A stretch of 64,000 nt of DNA, taken from NCBI RefSeq assembly GCF_964355755.1, contig NC_092673.1, positions 25,848,269-25,912,268 on the forward strand. The letters run 5' to 3'. The position numbers and the translations under genes were made by a program. Positions 27,027 to 38,725 of this stretch are shown here, piece by piece. Position 1 is the first letter of the stretch. Every line of letters begins with the position of its first letter. The stretch comes from Antedon mediterranea. Lineage: Eukaryota > Animalia > Echinodermata. Under the pieces are notes generated by a model that saw only the letters and a program-made list of their open reading frames with translations, did no database searches and was not told the DNA's origin.

Positions 27027-30000
27027 TCACTTGGTACCAATAAGACCATGAGCCGTATTTAAAAGGTTGATGGGATTGTTGCCATCGGTGATAAAAGTGG
27101 TCTCAAGTCCAAGTGCTTTCAGCAACTTAACCTGGTGAAAGAGAAATAAACAGATTAGCATTCTTGGTTGTTGTTTTTTTCAATTTCATACGCATTCAAC
27201 AGCAAGCACAGACTCACCAATTACTGGATGAATAAACTATTTTATAATTGTGATGCTCATAAACTAAGTCTCATTTAAGGCTTAGGGAGTGGAATTGAAA
27301 GAGTCGTGAATTACAACCCTGGCATGGTCAGGATTGAACCATGGACCTTGGGATTGGAAGGCAAACACGTTAACCACCAAGCTACAGCTCCACTTGTCAT
27401 GGTAATTGTAATGGTTGGAACAGTCACAGATGGATGCAGTCTATATGAATGTATGTACCCTATCCTCCTTACCTGCATTTCTGGACCTGCAACTGCTATA
27501 CCTGATATTGTATCTGCTCCTAGAGTATTAACAATCTTCTTAAACTTGGATACCTATTTTTTAAAACAATCATTCTTAGTTTTAGGCTCGGTATGAATTG
27601 AAGAAGACTAAAATTTGCTGGAAACTTTCTTCGCAATAAAGAAGAAATCATTGCTGTGGCAGCCAAAACATGTGCTTGCAAAAAAAGGATGACCAGCACT
27701 CACATACATTTATGTACTAGAGGCGGGTTCTGGTATGCAGAGAGATGAACTGGCTGTCACAATGGCAGATAGGAAGTTATAGAGGAATCTAGTCATATAA
27801 GTTTGGATATGTCCTGAGCTAAGTAAGTTAGTAATGAATTATGAAGAAATAAATTATAAAAGCCCAATAGTCTGTTAAAAAAACAAACTGATAAAAATAA
27901 TTGAATGAGAAAGCGAGTACTGTATTCTAAAAAGGGTTAAACTTGCCTCAATTGATGTAAGACGTTGAGCTTTATTGGTTTCAAGATTATTTTGATCTCG
28001 AACAGTGGCGAGTTCCAAGTCACGAAGTATAGTTGTAGTATCCAAATCTGATGCGTGTAGAATCTCATCGGCCTGCGCCTTCAGCTGGGCGGCTACTATC
28101 TCACTCTGGCACTCAATACGAAGCTTTTCTGACTGGGCCTAAAGATAATTTTTCATATTTGTTTTTATTATTTATTTTTCACCCGTCAATGTATCAGATA
28201 GGATTAAAGAAACCAGTCCGCCCTCATATCCTTCCCTCATGCGTCAAAGTTCATAAAAATCCACCCCTGATAATCAACATTGTTTGATGAACTGGTGCTA
28301 CAATTTTCTCTTCAATTATCAAGCATAATCACTTTTATCATAACTTGCCAAAATAACCAGGCCCATCACAGCTACCCCTGGATCTTGTAAATTCCAGCCA
28401 AATAGGTAAATAAATGCCAACCAAGCCCCCGACCAAGCCCTAATCAACTAAAGTCAACTACAAACAAAATGTTTACCGATGCTTCTGCCTTAGCCTGACC
28501 ACTTGACTCAATAGCAGCTGTCACTGCTTGTAGAGAATATAGCTGACATCTTGCCTTCTCTGCTTCTTTCTCATTGGATAGTTTCTGACGTTCTAATTCA
28601 CCTTTAGCCTTCTGCTCCATTCTGCTTGCCTCGTGCTCTGCTGATGCCTCAACAGATCTTTCATAAAGACTTATAATTAATAGTCTTGAAATCTTTCATA
28701 TTCAAAAACTTAGTTTTATTGAAATAATCTTGTAAAATAGTTCATATGTGGCCAACTAGTCCTCGGTACTGTATCTAAGTTTTCTAGTAAAATGTGTTTT
28801 AAATGTGGAGCCTGTCTCATAGGTCCTAACAATAATCAGGGCCTTAACCAGAATGAGGTAGAGAAGTCACTCCAACACAGCTTGTATACCCACTTATTTT
28901 AATCTCTCACAGACCTGATAGTTTATCAGCGTATTCACCCGCTTTAACCAAGATAGGAACTAGCATTCGCCGTCACAATGTATTTCAATGTCATAACTTA
29001 TTAACGTATTAATGGAACTGCCATACTCACCTTGTTGCTATTTCAATTGCCATTTGAACAGATTTCATCAGACTATCTCTCATATGCTTGTCAACAGGCT
29101 CAATACTTTGTACGTCAACATTGGTGATCACCTTTCAGGTAAAACAATCATTACTAACAAATTAATATATCGCACTATCTTTATATTTAAGGCTACAAAG
29201 AAACAACAACTAAACCACTTCAAAATAAAAATACCTTCAAAATATACATAGAACCTTTCCTGAAAACCTAACAAGGGGCAATATATGTACAGTATGTCTT
29301 CGCAATAATGGACAGGGGTCATAGAAAGGTCATAAAGGTCATGTGCATCACAAAAACATTAAAGAAATAATCCTAGATACAGTAGTATTAAAAGATACGA
29401 AACCATTTTAAAAGCATTATTTTGATTCCTCAGAAAAGCATGGGTGGGAATTATAATTTTATATATAAAATGTTATGTTTTACCAGTTGATTGGCCTCAA
29501 AATAGAGTCTATCTAACACCTTTCCATTGTCATCCACACCAAACACAGCAGCCCGTATTATCTTCACTGAAAACTTGTGGAATTCATCGAAACGAATGCG
29601 GGATACTGCACCTCGAATTCTGCCTCCTAAGAGTGAATTGATAACAAGTCTGGTAAGTTTAGTCATTTTTTTAAGCTCTAGTGATAACAGTTGTTCAGAT
29701 GTGATTGTGCTTAAGTATGAAAGCTTAAAATAGCCACCCACACTCACCATTATCAATTACTTGATTCACTTATAAAAGACTTACCAATCTCACGACAAGC
29801 AAATCCTATAAAATCTGGAACAGAAAAGATAGCCTGCTCTGACTTTTTGTCACCTTTTTTCACCTGTAAAGTGTTAATAGTTAATGGACAGTAAAGATAT
29901 ATTCTTAGAATTCTGAAAATAATTCATTATTTTAAATACAGTAGAACTGTAGAACTTTTTACTTAATAGTAGTTATAACCCTTTAATAATGGCTTCCACT

Positions 30001-33000
30001 TAATAATGGCTTCCCCCTTAATAATGGCTTCCCCCTTAATAATGGCTTCCACTTAATAATGGCTTCCCCCTTAATAATGGCTTCCACTTAATAATGTCTT
30101 CCTCCTTAATAATGTCTTCCCCTTAATACGGGTTACATCTTAATAAGGGTTTACCTGTTATAGGGGTTAGCCCTTAATTAGTGTTCCCCATAATACTGTA
30201 GGAAAGGAGGCGTTCTACTGTAATAAAAAGCAACCAATTTATACCTCAAAATGATTATTGCAGGCAATCTTGATTCGCAGTCTTGCATGGTCGGAAGTTT
30301 CTACCTGAAAGATTTGTTTAAAAAAAATTGTTTTGTTCTGTAATCAGTCTCTGTGATATTTCTTAACCAAGACTTTTATTGGTCGTTAGGCCATCAAGAC
30401 AGGGATGGTACACAAATGAGACGGTACCTGACTATGATGCATGTGTGTATTCTATACCATCATAGTAAATTAACATCTCCCTTTGCATATCATCCCAAAA
30501 CACTGAGCTCGCTATTTTGTGGCAATTAACAGAAATTTACCTCAATGATATCTGTGATGTAGTCTGGACCGAGCATTAGGCAAATTGTTTGAAGTGCATT
30601 TTCTCGTTTTGGCTTGCCAGCTGTAAGATAATAAATACTTTAATCTTAATTAAGTTAAGCGTGAAGTTAAGTTAGGAATTAAGATTAATTAAGACCTGTA
30701 CATCAGATATAGTTCAGCTAGAAAACAATGGAAGATAGCCGAACTACTTACTAAATCTTAACCTGACCCTCTAAATAATCTCTCACTATAAAGTACAAAG
30801 AAATCAAACTCCATACATCCACATTCAAAGTCTAGTCAATCCATTCTACTACACACACGGCTCAACAGAAAGTGTTTACATTAGTAAATTGTAGTTGGGT
30901 CAGTTCTTTATGTCACACCTTATGGATATGAATATAATGAAAATTCATGTTTATTTTGTGACGTTTTATGAGGGGTTCCCAACTGATGTACGAAAAGAAA
31001 TGTTGCGGTCAGGCTACTGTATCATTATGCTATATCCATATTAAAGCTATACAGGTAGGTATTCTTGAATACAGTAGTAAACAATGAGTTGTTACTTTAC
31101 CACTAAGGCTAAGAATATTAAAGTCTTCATGTGGGCCTAGGATTGCCATATCAGGACCAAACACAACTCTGCCAGTCTTCTCTTTGTATTTGTAAACCTA
31201 AAATGGTATGGTAAATTTAATACAATATTGCTTCCAATTTAATAAAATAATATTGTAACGGTAAAATAATAAAAATCAGTACCACTCTATGTATTTCAGA
31301 AAATTTCTATTCTAACAATACCTGAACAGCTGTGTTTCCTGGGCAACGATATGTAACGACTCTAGTTTTATCTCTTCCCTAGAAAAACAAAAGATTATTG
31401 TAAAGAAAAATTAAATCTGAGTTTATTTATTTTGTTTACAATGGATTGAAATTATCTACTCTCTTCCCAATAGTTGTACACACAGACTACCACAGCCTCT
31501 CAAGCTATAGGTAATCCCCTATTTAAAAGTACGCCACAAAAGTCATAACAAAAACATGAATTAAAATGGCTCATCAATTCAACAACGTAAAAATACTTAC
31601 CTTTTTACTAACATATTGTGGATCGATCGATGCTTCAAAATAAGCCATTTTGCGAATGTCATCAGCGCCACATCCACCCCCATTTCTGAAATGGAACACT
31701 TTCATTTTAACACAAGAAACGGATATACATACTTTTTACTACCTATGAACTGCATACTTTTAAGGAAGAGTACTGAGATTTGTAAACTAAATATAAATAA
31801 TTTATATCTTCCAGAAAGAGCTCACTTTAGTATTTCTTCAACTAGTGGTAATAACTTTTTTTCCCACAGCTCTTCATATTCCTCGAGAAGATACGATTGA
31901 GGACCCATGACCGCTCGAATCTTTCCCGTTTGTAAATGTCGAATGTAGATTCCTTCATTTTCTGCAAGAGATATGGCTTTCCTGAAAGGTAAAATAAACA
32001 AACACTGTTTAAAATTAATATCAATAATATAAAACAAAAAACAAAACACTGAAAAAAGAATCTAGGCCATAGGCATGAAATAGAGCATTAGCTTTCTTAA
32101 CCAACCAATCAAAACTCTGCTTACAGTACTATTGAATGGCAAACTAACCTTACAAAGCCACGGTCGTCTTGTTCCATCACATGCACCTGAATGGGTGGTA
32201 TGTATGATGCAGGCCCTTTGATCATCCATCTGTCCCCAGCCTTCCTTGATGGTTTACCTGCATATAGAGAACAATACATAGGTCGCATATGTCATGCCTC
32301 TGGACCAAGCATACAGATACAGTACATACAACAGGTTTGCAGGGATTGAATAGATTTAACACTAAAGCTCTGTCTACACTATCAAATGTATAGCTTTGCA
32401 GGGATTGAAAAAGTTTAACACTGAAGCTCTGTCTACACTATCAAATGTATAGCTTTGCAGGGATTGAATAAGTTTAACACTAAAGCTCTGTCTACACTAT
32501 CAAATGTATAGCTTTGCAGGGATTGAATAAGTTTAACACTAAAGCTCTGTCTACACTATCAAATGTATAGCTTTGCAGGGATTGAATAAGTTTAACACTA
32601 AAGCTCTGTCTACACTATCAAATGTATAGCTTTGCAGGGATTGAATAAGTTTAACACTAAAGCTCTGTCTACACTATCAAATGTATAGCTTTGCAGGGAT
32701 TGAATAAGTTTAACACTAAAGCTCTGTCTACACTATCAAATGTATAGCGTTGCAGGGTTTGAATAAGTTTAACACTAAAGCTCTGTCTACACTATCAAAT
32801 GTATAGCTTTGCAGGGATTGAATAAGTTTAACACTAAAGCTCTGTCTACACTATCAAATGTATAGCTTTGCAGGGATTGAATAAGTTTAACACTAAAGCT
32901 CTGTCTACACTATCAAATGTATAGCTTTGCAGGGATTGAATAGATTTAACACTAAAGCTCTGTCTACACTATCAAATGTATAGCTTTGCAGGGATTGAAT

Positions 33001-36000
33001 AAGTTTAACACTAAAGCTCTGTCTACACTATCAAATGTATAGCTTTGCAGGGTTTGAATAAGTTTAACACTAAAGCTCTGTCTACACTATCAAATGTATA
33101 GCTTTGCAGGGATTGAATAAGTTTAACACTAAAGCTCTGTCTACACTATCAAATGTATAGCTTTGCAGGGATTGAATAAGTTTAACACTAAAGCTCTGTC
33201 TACACTATCAAATGTATAGCTTTGCAGGGATTGAATAAGTTTAACACTATAGCTCTGTCTACACTATCAAATGTATAGCTTTGCAGGGATTGAATAAATT
33301 TAACACTAAAGCTCTGTCTACACTATCAAATGTATAGCTTTGCAGGGATTGAATAAGTTTAACACTAAAGCTCTGTCTACACTATCAAATGTATAGCTTT
33401 GCAGGGATTGAATAGATTTAACACTAAAGCTCTGTCTACACTATCAAATGTATAGCTTTGCAGGGATTGAATAAGTTTAACACTAAAGCTCTGTCTACAC
33501 TATCAAATGTATAGCTTTGCAGGGATTGAATAAGTTTAACACTAAAGCTCTGTCTACACTATCAAATGTATAGCTTTGCAGGGATTGAATAAGTTTAACA
33601 CTAAAGCTCTGTCTACACTATCAAATGTATAGCTTTGCAGGGATTGAATAAGTTTAACACTAAAGCTCTGTCTACACTATCAAATGTATAGCTTTGCAGG
33701 GATTGAATAAGTTTAACACTATAGCTCTGTCTACACTATCAAATGTATAGCTTTGCAGGGATTGAATAAGTTTAACACTAAAGCTCTGTCTACACTATCA
33801 AATGTATAGCTTTGCAGGGATTGAATAAGTTTAACACTAAAGCTCTGTCTGAACTATCAAATTTTATGTGACAAAAAATGAAGTGATCACACATTTTTTG
33901 TCAAACTAGTTAGTCATACCGTGAACTGCATCATCAATGAAATCTTCAATTGCCAGCAAAACTATCGCCTCATCTTCTGAGAGTACAAACTCTTTTTGAA
34001 TACCCTCTGGAATTCGTTCATCTAAATTAAGAGAATACCAGATGGAAGGTTAAAACAATTTCAACCATCTTTACATGGTCAAATCTTTCAGATAAACAAT
34101 TTTAGGAATTGGTACATTTTTTAGTACATTTAATTATGTATTTCTTGATTAAAATAAATAAAAAACCTTACTTGGATTGAGGAAGAAGCTTGTAACACCC
34201 TTGCGAAGTTCTTTTTGTCCAAGTCTCGGCCTTCCTGTCGAATTCACTGGATCGTGAATAACACAATATTCACCTTTAGCTAAAACTTTCTTTGTTACAA
34301 TGTCTGCCACAACCTGTAAACATACAATGATTTGAAACTGGATCAGAAAAAAAATGATTTACCTGAAAAAAAAATGTAATTTAAAGCAAGTCAAAGAATT
34401 ACAGTTTTTTTGTTTTTGTTTTTATAGAAGTGAATAACTTTATTAAAACTGCAAAATGGCCTATTTAAAGTCTGATTTTATTAATCTTAATTTTTCATGT
34501 TTTTGGAGGAAACATAACAGTATACATAACATAAAAGTAACATAGCGAACATGTCACTGTTTGCATTAACATTTCACTTTTTAAAACAGTAAACTGAAAA
34601 TTGTTTTTCTTTAGCTCAAAAAATTGACCCAAGTGTTTTTTATTTTGTTTTTAGATAATGGTTTTAACAGCCAGAAAATATGCTAGTTCTATGCAGATAA
34701 CCATTCCTCAAAGATGTAAGTGTTTCATAGTTTTTTTTAAATGTATTTGCAGTACCTCTCCAATCTCTGGAATATATGCCTCAATATCGTTTTTTGTGAT
34801 CAACCATGTTTGGCCCGACTTTCTTTCACGGCCAAGTCCATCAACGCAGGTCTGCTCAGCAACCATGTGTAAGCCAAGGTTGTCGTTTAGAATGTACGCT
34901 TTGACTTCTTCCAAATACTCCTCATAGACACCAGGAAGGTATGCTCCTGGTGTTCTAACTAACCACATCTCATCTGTTACACGATTCCTGTGTTTAAAAA
35001 GAGAGGCACAATAAAATTGCTCAATTTAACTGACAGATATTCACCATATTTAGCACCTAAAGCTCGGTCTACACTATCAAACAAAAAGTGTGTGATGTGC
35101 CCAAATATGGTAGTGATATGACATCATTTCTATATATTGGCACAACACTTTTTTTGTCAAACTAGTTTGATAGTATAGATAGAGCTTTAGAATTATCACA
35201 ATGTGTTATAAGCTACTGGTTATACCATGGAGAAATAAGTTAGTTAACTTATTTCTCCATGGTTATACATACTGCAGAGAATATTTACTTTTATTATGAA
35301 AGAACAAGGTAGGAAAAAAGATAAAAAGAACTTTGTAGGCAGACCATTCTGTAATAAAAAATATTCAAACCCATATTAAACCAGTTACTGCAGAAGTTTA
35401 AAAAGGGAAAATCAAGCCAAACATTAATGTATACTAACTTTCCATTGTCATCGGTAAAATCTTGTACAGCTCTCATTTTTAGTGCATGTCCTTCCTTCAC
35501 GATAAATGGCTTAATAATCCCCAAAATTTCCTGGAAAAAAGGTTTGAAAATAAATACGTCTACATTGCTTAAAAACACCTGTTTTTGTAAACTATTGAAC
35601 TTTTTAAAAACTTACTACATTAGGATTTGGGTAATATGTCAACGGACCAATAAGCTGAAAGCAATCACCAGCGGTACGCTGAACATCGCCATCCTGGTGA
35701 TCCAGAAGAACTTGAAGTCTAATGGCATGATTTGATTTAACAACTGGTAAAGGGCGCACAGCTTTTGAATATGAACCACCTGAAAAGACACAAAAATCTA
35801 TAAATCTATGACACTTTCAACTTTTAAAAATTCAATCCAAAATATTACTGATTAAGTATTAAGTATCTTTTACCTTGAATTCCTTCAATTTGTTATATAT
35901 AATGTATGTTTTTGTAGATATTTACCTAAATGTATATCTATCTATAAATGTGTGTGTACTACAGTTTTGTAAATTACTTGGTTAGTTGTCTTTGAATTAT

Positions 36001-37909
36001 TGTTATTATATTGTAAATGTTCTCTACTGAACCACTTCAATCAATGATTTAGCACTGAGTGAAAGCGTCATTCAATATAATGACAGAATAAATAATAATT
36101 ATTACATTGGAGCAGGTGAAACCTATTAATCTGTGTATTGAAATTATTTTATGCTTGCTTCATTTCCATATTTCGCTTTACTAATTTAATAACCTGAATA
36201 CATACAGGCTAATGTAGAGTAAAAAAATAACAAATTTAGTTTGCAATGTCATAATTTACCTTTAGAGATATATTCTTCAGCGTTGACAAGAATCTCGCCT
36301 GGATACAGAGGAAATGGTGCCTAAAATTAAAGAAAGACTGTTTTATATGAAATTTAAATGAATTTTCTCTGCTTTGATACAACATACAGTAAACCAGACA
36401 CAATAACTGACACACTCACTTAGAGATCATGATATTGTTTATATCATTTACCTGGTGAAATCGAACATCAAAATGGCCATGTTCTACCTCGCATTGTTTA
36501 CCTTCTTCCAATTTTCTAAAAAAACAAAATTATGTAACAAGTTAAAAATTGTTAATTAAAAAATACTAATACTGGTTCAGTCCATGTGATTTACGAATGA
36601 GGTCGGGGTGGGTGAAACCTTATACTAGATGGAAGGTGAGGGTGAAACCTTATAGGGTGAGGGTGAAACCTTATAGGGTGAGGGTGAAACCTTATAGGGT
36701 GAGGGTGAAACCTTATAGGGTGAGGGTGAAACCTTATAGGGTGAGGGTGAAACCTTGTAGGGTGAGGGTGAAACCTTGTAGGGTGAGGGTGAAACCTTAT
36801 AGGGTGAGGGTGAAACCATATAGGGTGAGGGTGAAACCATATAGGGTGAGGGTGAAACCTTATAGGGTGAGGGTGAAACCTTATAGGGTGAGGGTGAAAC
36901 CATATAGGGTGAGGGTGAAACCTTATAGGGTGAGGGTGAAACCTTATAGGGTGAGGGTGAAACCTTATAGGGTGAGGGTGAAACCTTATAGGGTGAGGGT
37001 GAAACCATATAGGGTGAGGGTGAAACCTTATAGGGTGAGGGTGAAACCTTATAGGGTGAGGGTGAAACCTTATAGTAGGGTGAGGGTGAAACCTTATAGG
37101 GTGAGGGTGAAACCTTATAGGGTGAGGGTGATTTCTCATCATCTCATCTTAGATTTATCCATGGTGTTCCTACTTTACACACAAGAGTATGACACTATCG
37201 GTAACTGCATGCAATTTAAAGTCTTCTAAGTTATACTTGTTGGTTATCGTATCGGCACAGGTAACAGGTACATGGACCATATTGATAACGTACATAGAAA
37301 ATAGTAAATTACATGCAAAGTTGACGTGCTGTAATAGTCACTCCCCGTACAAGAGTATGCAGAAATTGTTCTTATTTTCTTACTTGACTGGGTTTTTAAC
37401 AGTGCAATAACCAGCTGGTGGTAATATTATACAAGACAGCGGTCCAGCTAATAGTTTCTCATTTGATTGCAGAACAAGACGTTGAGGACCCGTCTCAAGA
37501 TGAGTAATGTTGGTTGACTGAAAAAGAACAAAAACAGATTAGTGAAATGTCAATCGACCCAGTGAATTGTTTTGGTCGGACCAGATTTATAAATTAAAAT
37601 AATGATATAAGAAGAACATTTATAATGATTGATATTGCAGCTCATTATAATTCAATAAAGACAATGAATTTATGTGAATAGTCTAGGATGAGGTAGTAGC
37701 ACCTCATACAGAAGGAAGCCACTTTCTTACTTCCCATTATAGTTGTTCTGTTGAATGTTGTTTGTTTTAGGAATAGAGGATCAGGAGAGGTGGGCGTACA
37801 AAAACATAAAACTGGTCCAACAAACTGTATGTAGGCCTATGCCCGAATTCTATCATTATCATACCAAATCAAGAACGTGCACAAACTCTGTAGGGCCTAT
37901 TCCTATCAT
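27027..37909 (-). CDS. MVP: Major vault protein (MVP), 23 coding exons, about 853 aa.
   Basis: complement(join(27027..27131,27473..27553,27947..28138,28477..28657,29031..29131,29484..29626,29785..29863,30244..30303,30541..30620,31101..31197,31322..31378,31601..31685,31826..31981,32149..32257,33920..34021,34172..34313,34756..34987,35439..35530,35616..35779,36260..36320,36452..36515,37384..37517,37865..37909)). Exon translations match human MVP block by block: [36 protein letters not shown]-like [118 protein letters not shown]...[17 protein letters not shown], and [27 protein letters not shown], followed by a stop. All introns are GT-AG except a GC-AG donor at 27945-27946. Phases are consistent throughout and the total is 2562 nt. 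Exon 1 ([15 protein letters not shown], donor GTATGA) is the least certain. Confidence 0.82.
27175..27430 (-). mobile_element. tRNA-derived SINE copy (the tRNA-like head reads on the - strand) in the MVP intron before the last coding exon.
   Basis: The - strand reads tggagctgtagcttggtggttaacgtgtttgccttccaatcccaaggtccatggttcaatcctgaccatgccagggt, with box A (TAGCTTGGTGG) and box B (GGTTCAATCC) motifs. It is about 85% identical to the copy at 41110-41345. Confidence 0.7.
29983..30180. repeat. Tandem array of about 20 bp (cttaataatggcttccccc) in the MVP intron.
   Basis: Seven to nine head-to-tail units, decaying at the 3' side (cttaatacgggttacat...). Confidence 0.8.
32339..33850. repeat. 59-bp tandem satellite, about 25.6 copies, inside the MVP intron between the exons at 32149..32257 and 33920..34021.
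   Basis: The unit gcagggattgaataagtttaacactaaagctctgtctacactatcaaatgtatagcttt repeats head-to-tail with a few point variants (gaatagattt, gggtttg). The unit contains the MITE terminal repeat aagctctgtctacactatcaaa. Confidence 0.9.
35058..35190. mobile_element. MITE copy with both terminal inverted repeats, in the MVP intron.
   Basis: It begins aaagctcggtctacactatcaaa, is followed by gtgatgtgcccaaatatggtagtgatatgacatca..., and ends tttgatagtatagatagagcttt. Confidence 0.8.
36603..37131. repeat. 21-bp G-rich tandem array (agggtgagggtgaaaccttat, about 25 copies) in MVP intron 2.
   Basis: Perfectly periodic with variants ccttgtag and ccatatag. It produces the artefactual repeat ORFs RVRVKPY and HPHPIRF in the six-frame track. 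Confidence 0.9.
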
Positions 37910-38725
37910 CTGCCCGTTTATGCTGATTGAATCGCCTCCAAATCTCTGCATTTTACGTTGATTTTGTTGCAGTTATGTGTACTTCTTATTTTGTTTCCTG
38001 TGTTTTTGTTTATAAATTTAACTGGATATACGCACAGCGGCTGTGTATGTCATAAAACCACAGCCGTGCGTATAGCTGGCAACGGTTCTCTTAACTTTAC
38101 CGTTGGTGGCGACAAAATTCGGAAATTGCTGTTGTTTTCGTTTGTGTTTTTGAAATCTATAATTCTTATAAAAAAATATCAAATATAAGCTGTAAACAAA
38201 GTATTAGAGTAAGTTTATAATCGGTAGAGATGTATTTGAGAATAATACTTTTTTAATTTATCGAAACAAGCCTAAATTATAATCAGAAAGCCAGCTAATG
38301 ACCGCTTTCATATCAAGTCTCACCGTAGCCTGGCTCTGGCCTTCTACACACGTTCGCACGCAGTTCGCTATCATCATGTGCCGGTGTAGGCCAGGCCTAT
38401 GTAGTTCTGGCCTAGCTAAGCTTTTTTTCAATGAGATACTTTTAAAATATTTTACTATGGCCTAGGCATAATTTTTATTCAAAACGCCGTCCTAAATAGA
38501 AACAATTAAGGAACAAATTTAATAAATAAGATAAAATACCAAATAAATTATTCTGCAGCTATCAAATATGAAGAAGAAGGCTGTTTTTTTCCCCTTTTCT
38601 TTCCCTTTTCTTTGTTTTGATTGATGATACAGTTATTCAAATCAAAACGACTACTATTACTAACTTACATGTCATTTTTGTTTGTTTTTTCATATTAATG
38701 AATGTTCTTTTATTTCAGAATTACC
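37910..38725. promoter_or_regulatory. Divergent (bidirectional) promoter region between the MVP ATG (37909, - strand) and the BUB3 ATG (38726, + strand).
   Basis: The two genes are head-to-head with about 0.8 kb between their start codons. The region is GC-richer (cgttcgcacgcagttcgc, ggtgtaggccaggcc). It contains an imperfect palindrome tatacgcacagcggctgtgtatgtcataaaaccacagccgtgcgtata at 38024-38074. An acceptor at 38711-38718 implies that the BUB3 5'UTR exon lies within this region. Confidence 0.5.

Noticed and set aside
27306-27596. + strand ORF of 96 aa.
   Set aside because: It is antisense to the MVP exon at 27473..27553 and overlaps the SINE. It has no splice context.
31616-31900. + strand ORF of 94 aa.
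   Set aside because: It is antisense to the MVP exons at 31601..31685 and 31826..31981.
36591-37229. Long ORFs (HPHPIRF…, RVRVKPY…, VSPSPYK…) on both strands.
   Set aside because: They are pure translations of the 21-bp tandem array in MVP intron 2. They have a period of 7 aa, no start or stop context and no homology.
37559-37645. Alternative MVP exon 1 candidates: an ATG at 37645 ([29 protein letters not shown]) and an ATG at 37619 ([10 protein letters not shown][12 protein letters not shown]).
   Set aside because: The first needs a poor GTCGAT donor and lacks the HVLD motif. The second has an in-frame TAA and no phase-0 donor. The exon at 37865-37909 fits motif, donor and phase better.
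38306-38430. Possible small Pol III RNA (stem-forming ggcc…ggcc segments ending in a T7 run) in the MVP-BUB3 spacer. It was considered as a vault-RNA-like gene.
   Set aside because: There are no credible box A or box B motifs, and the 5' and 3' ends do not pair convincingly. The T run is more likely part of the BUB3 5' region.
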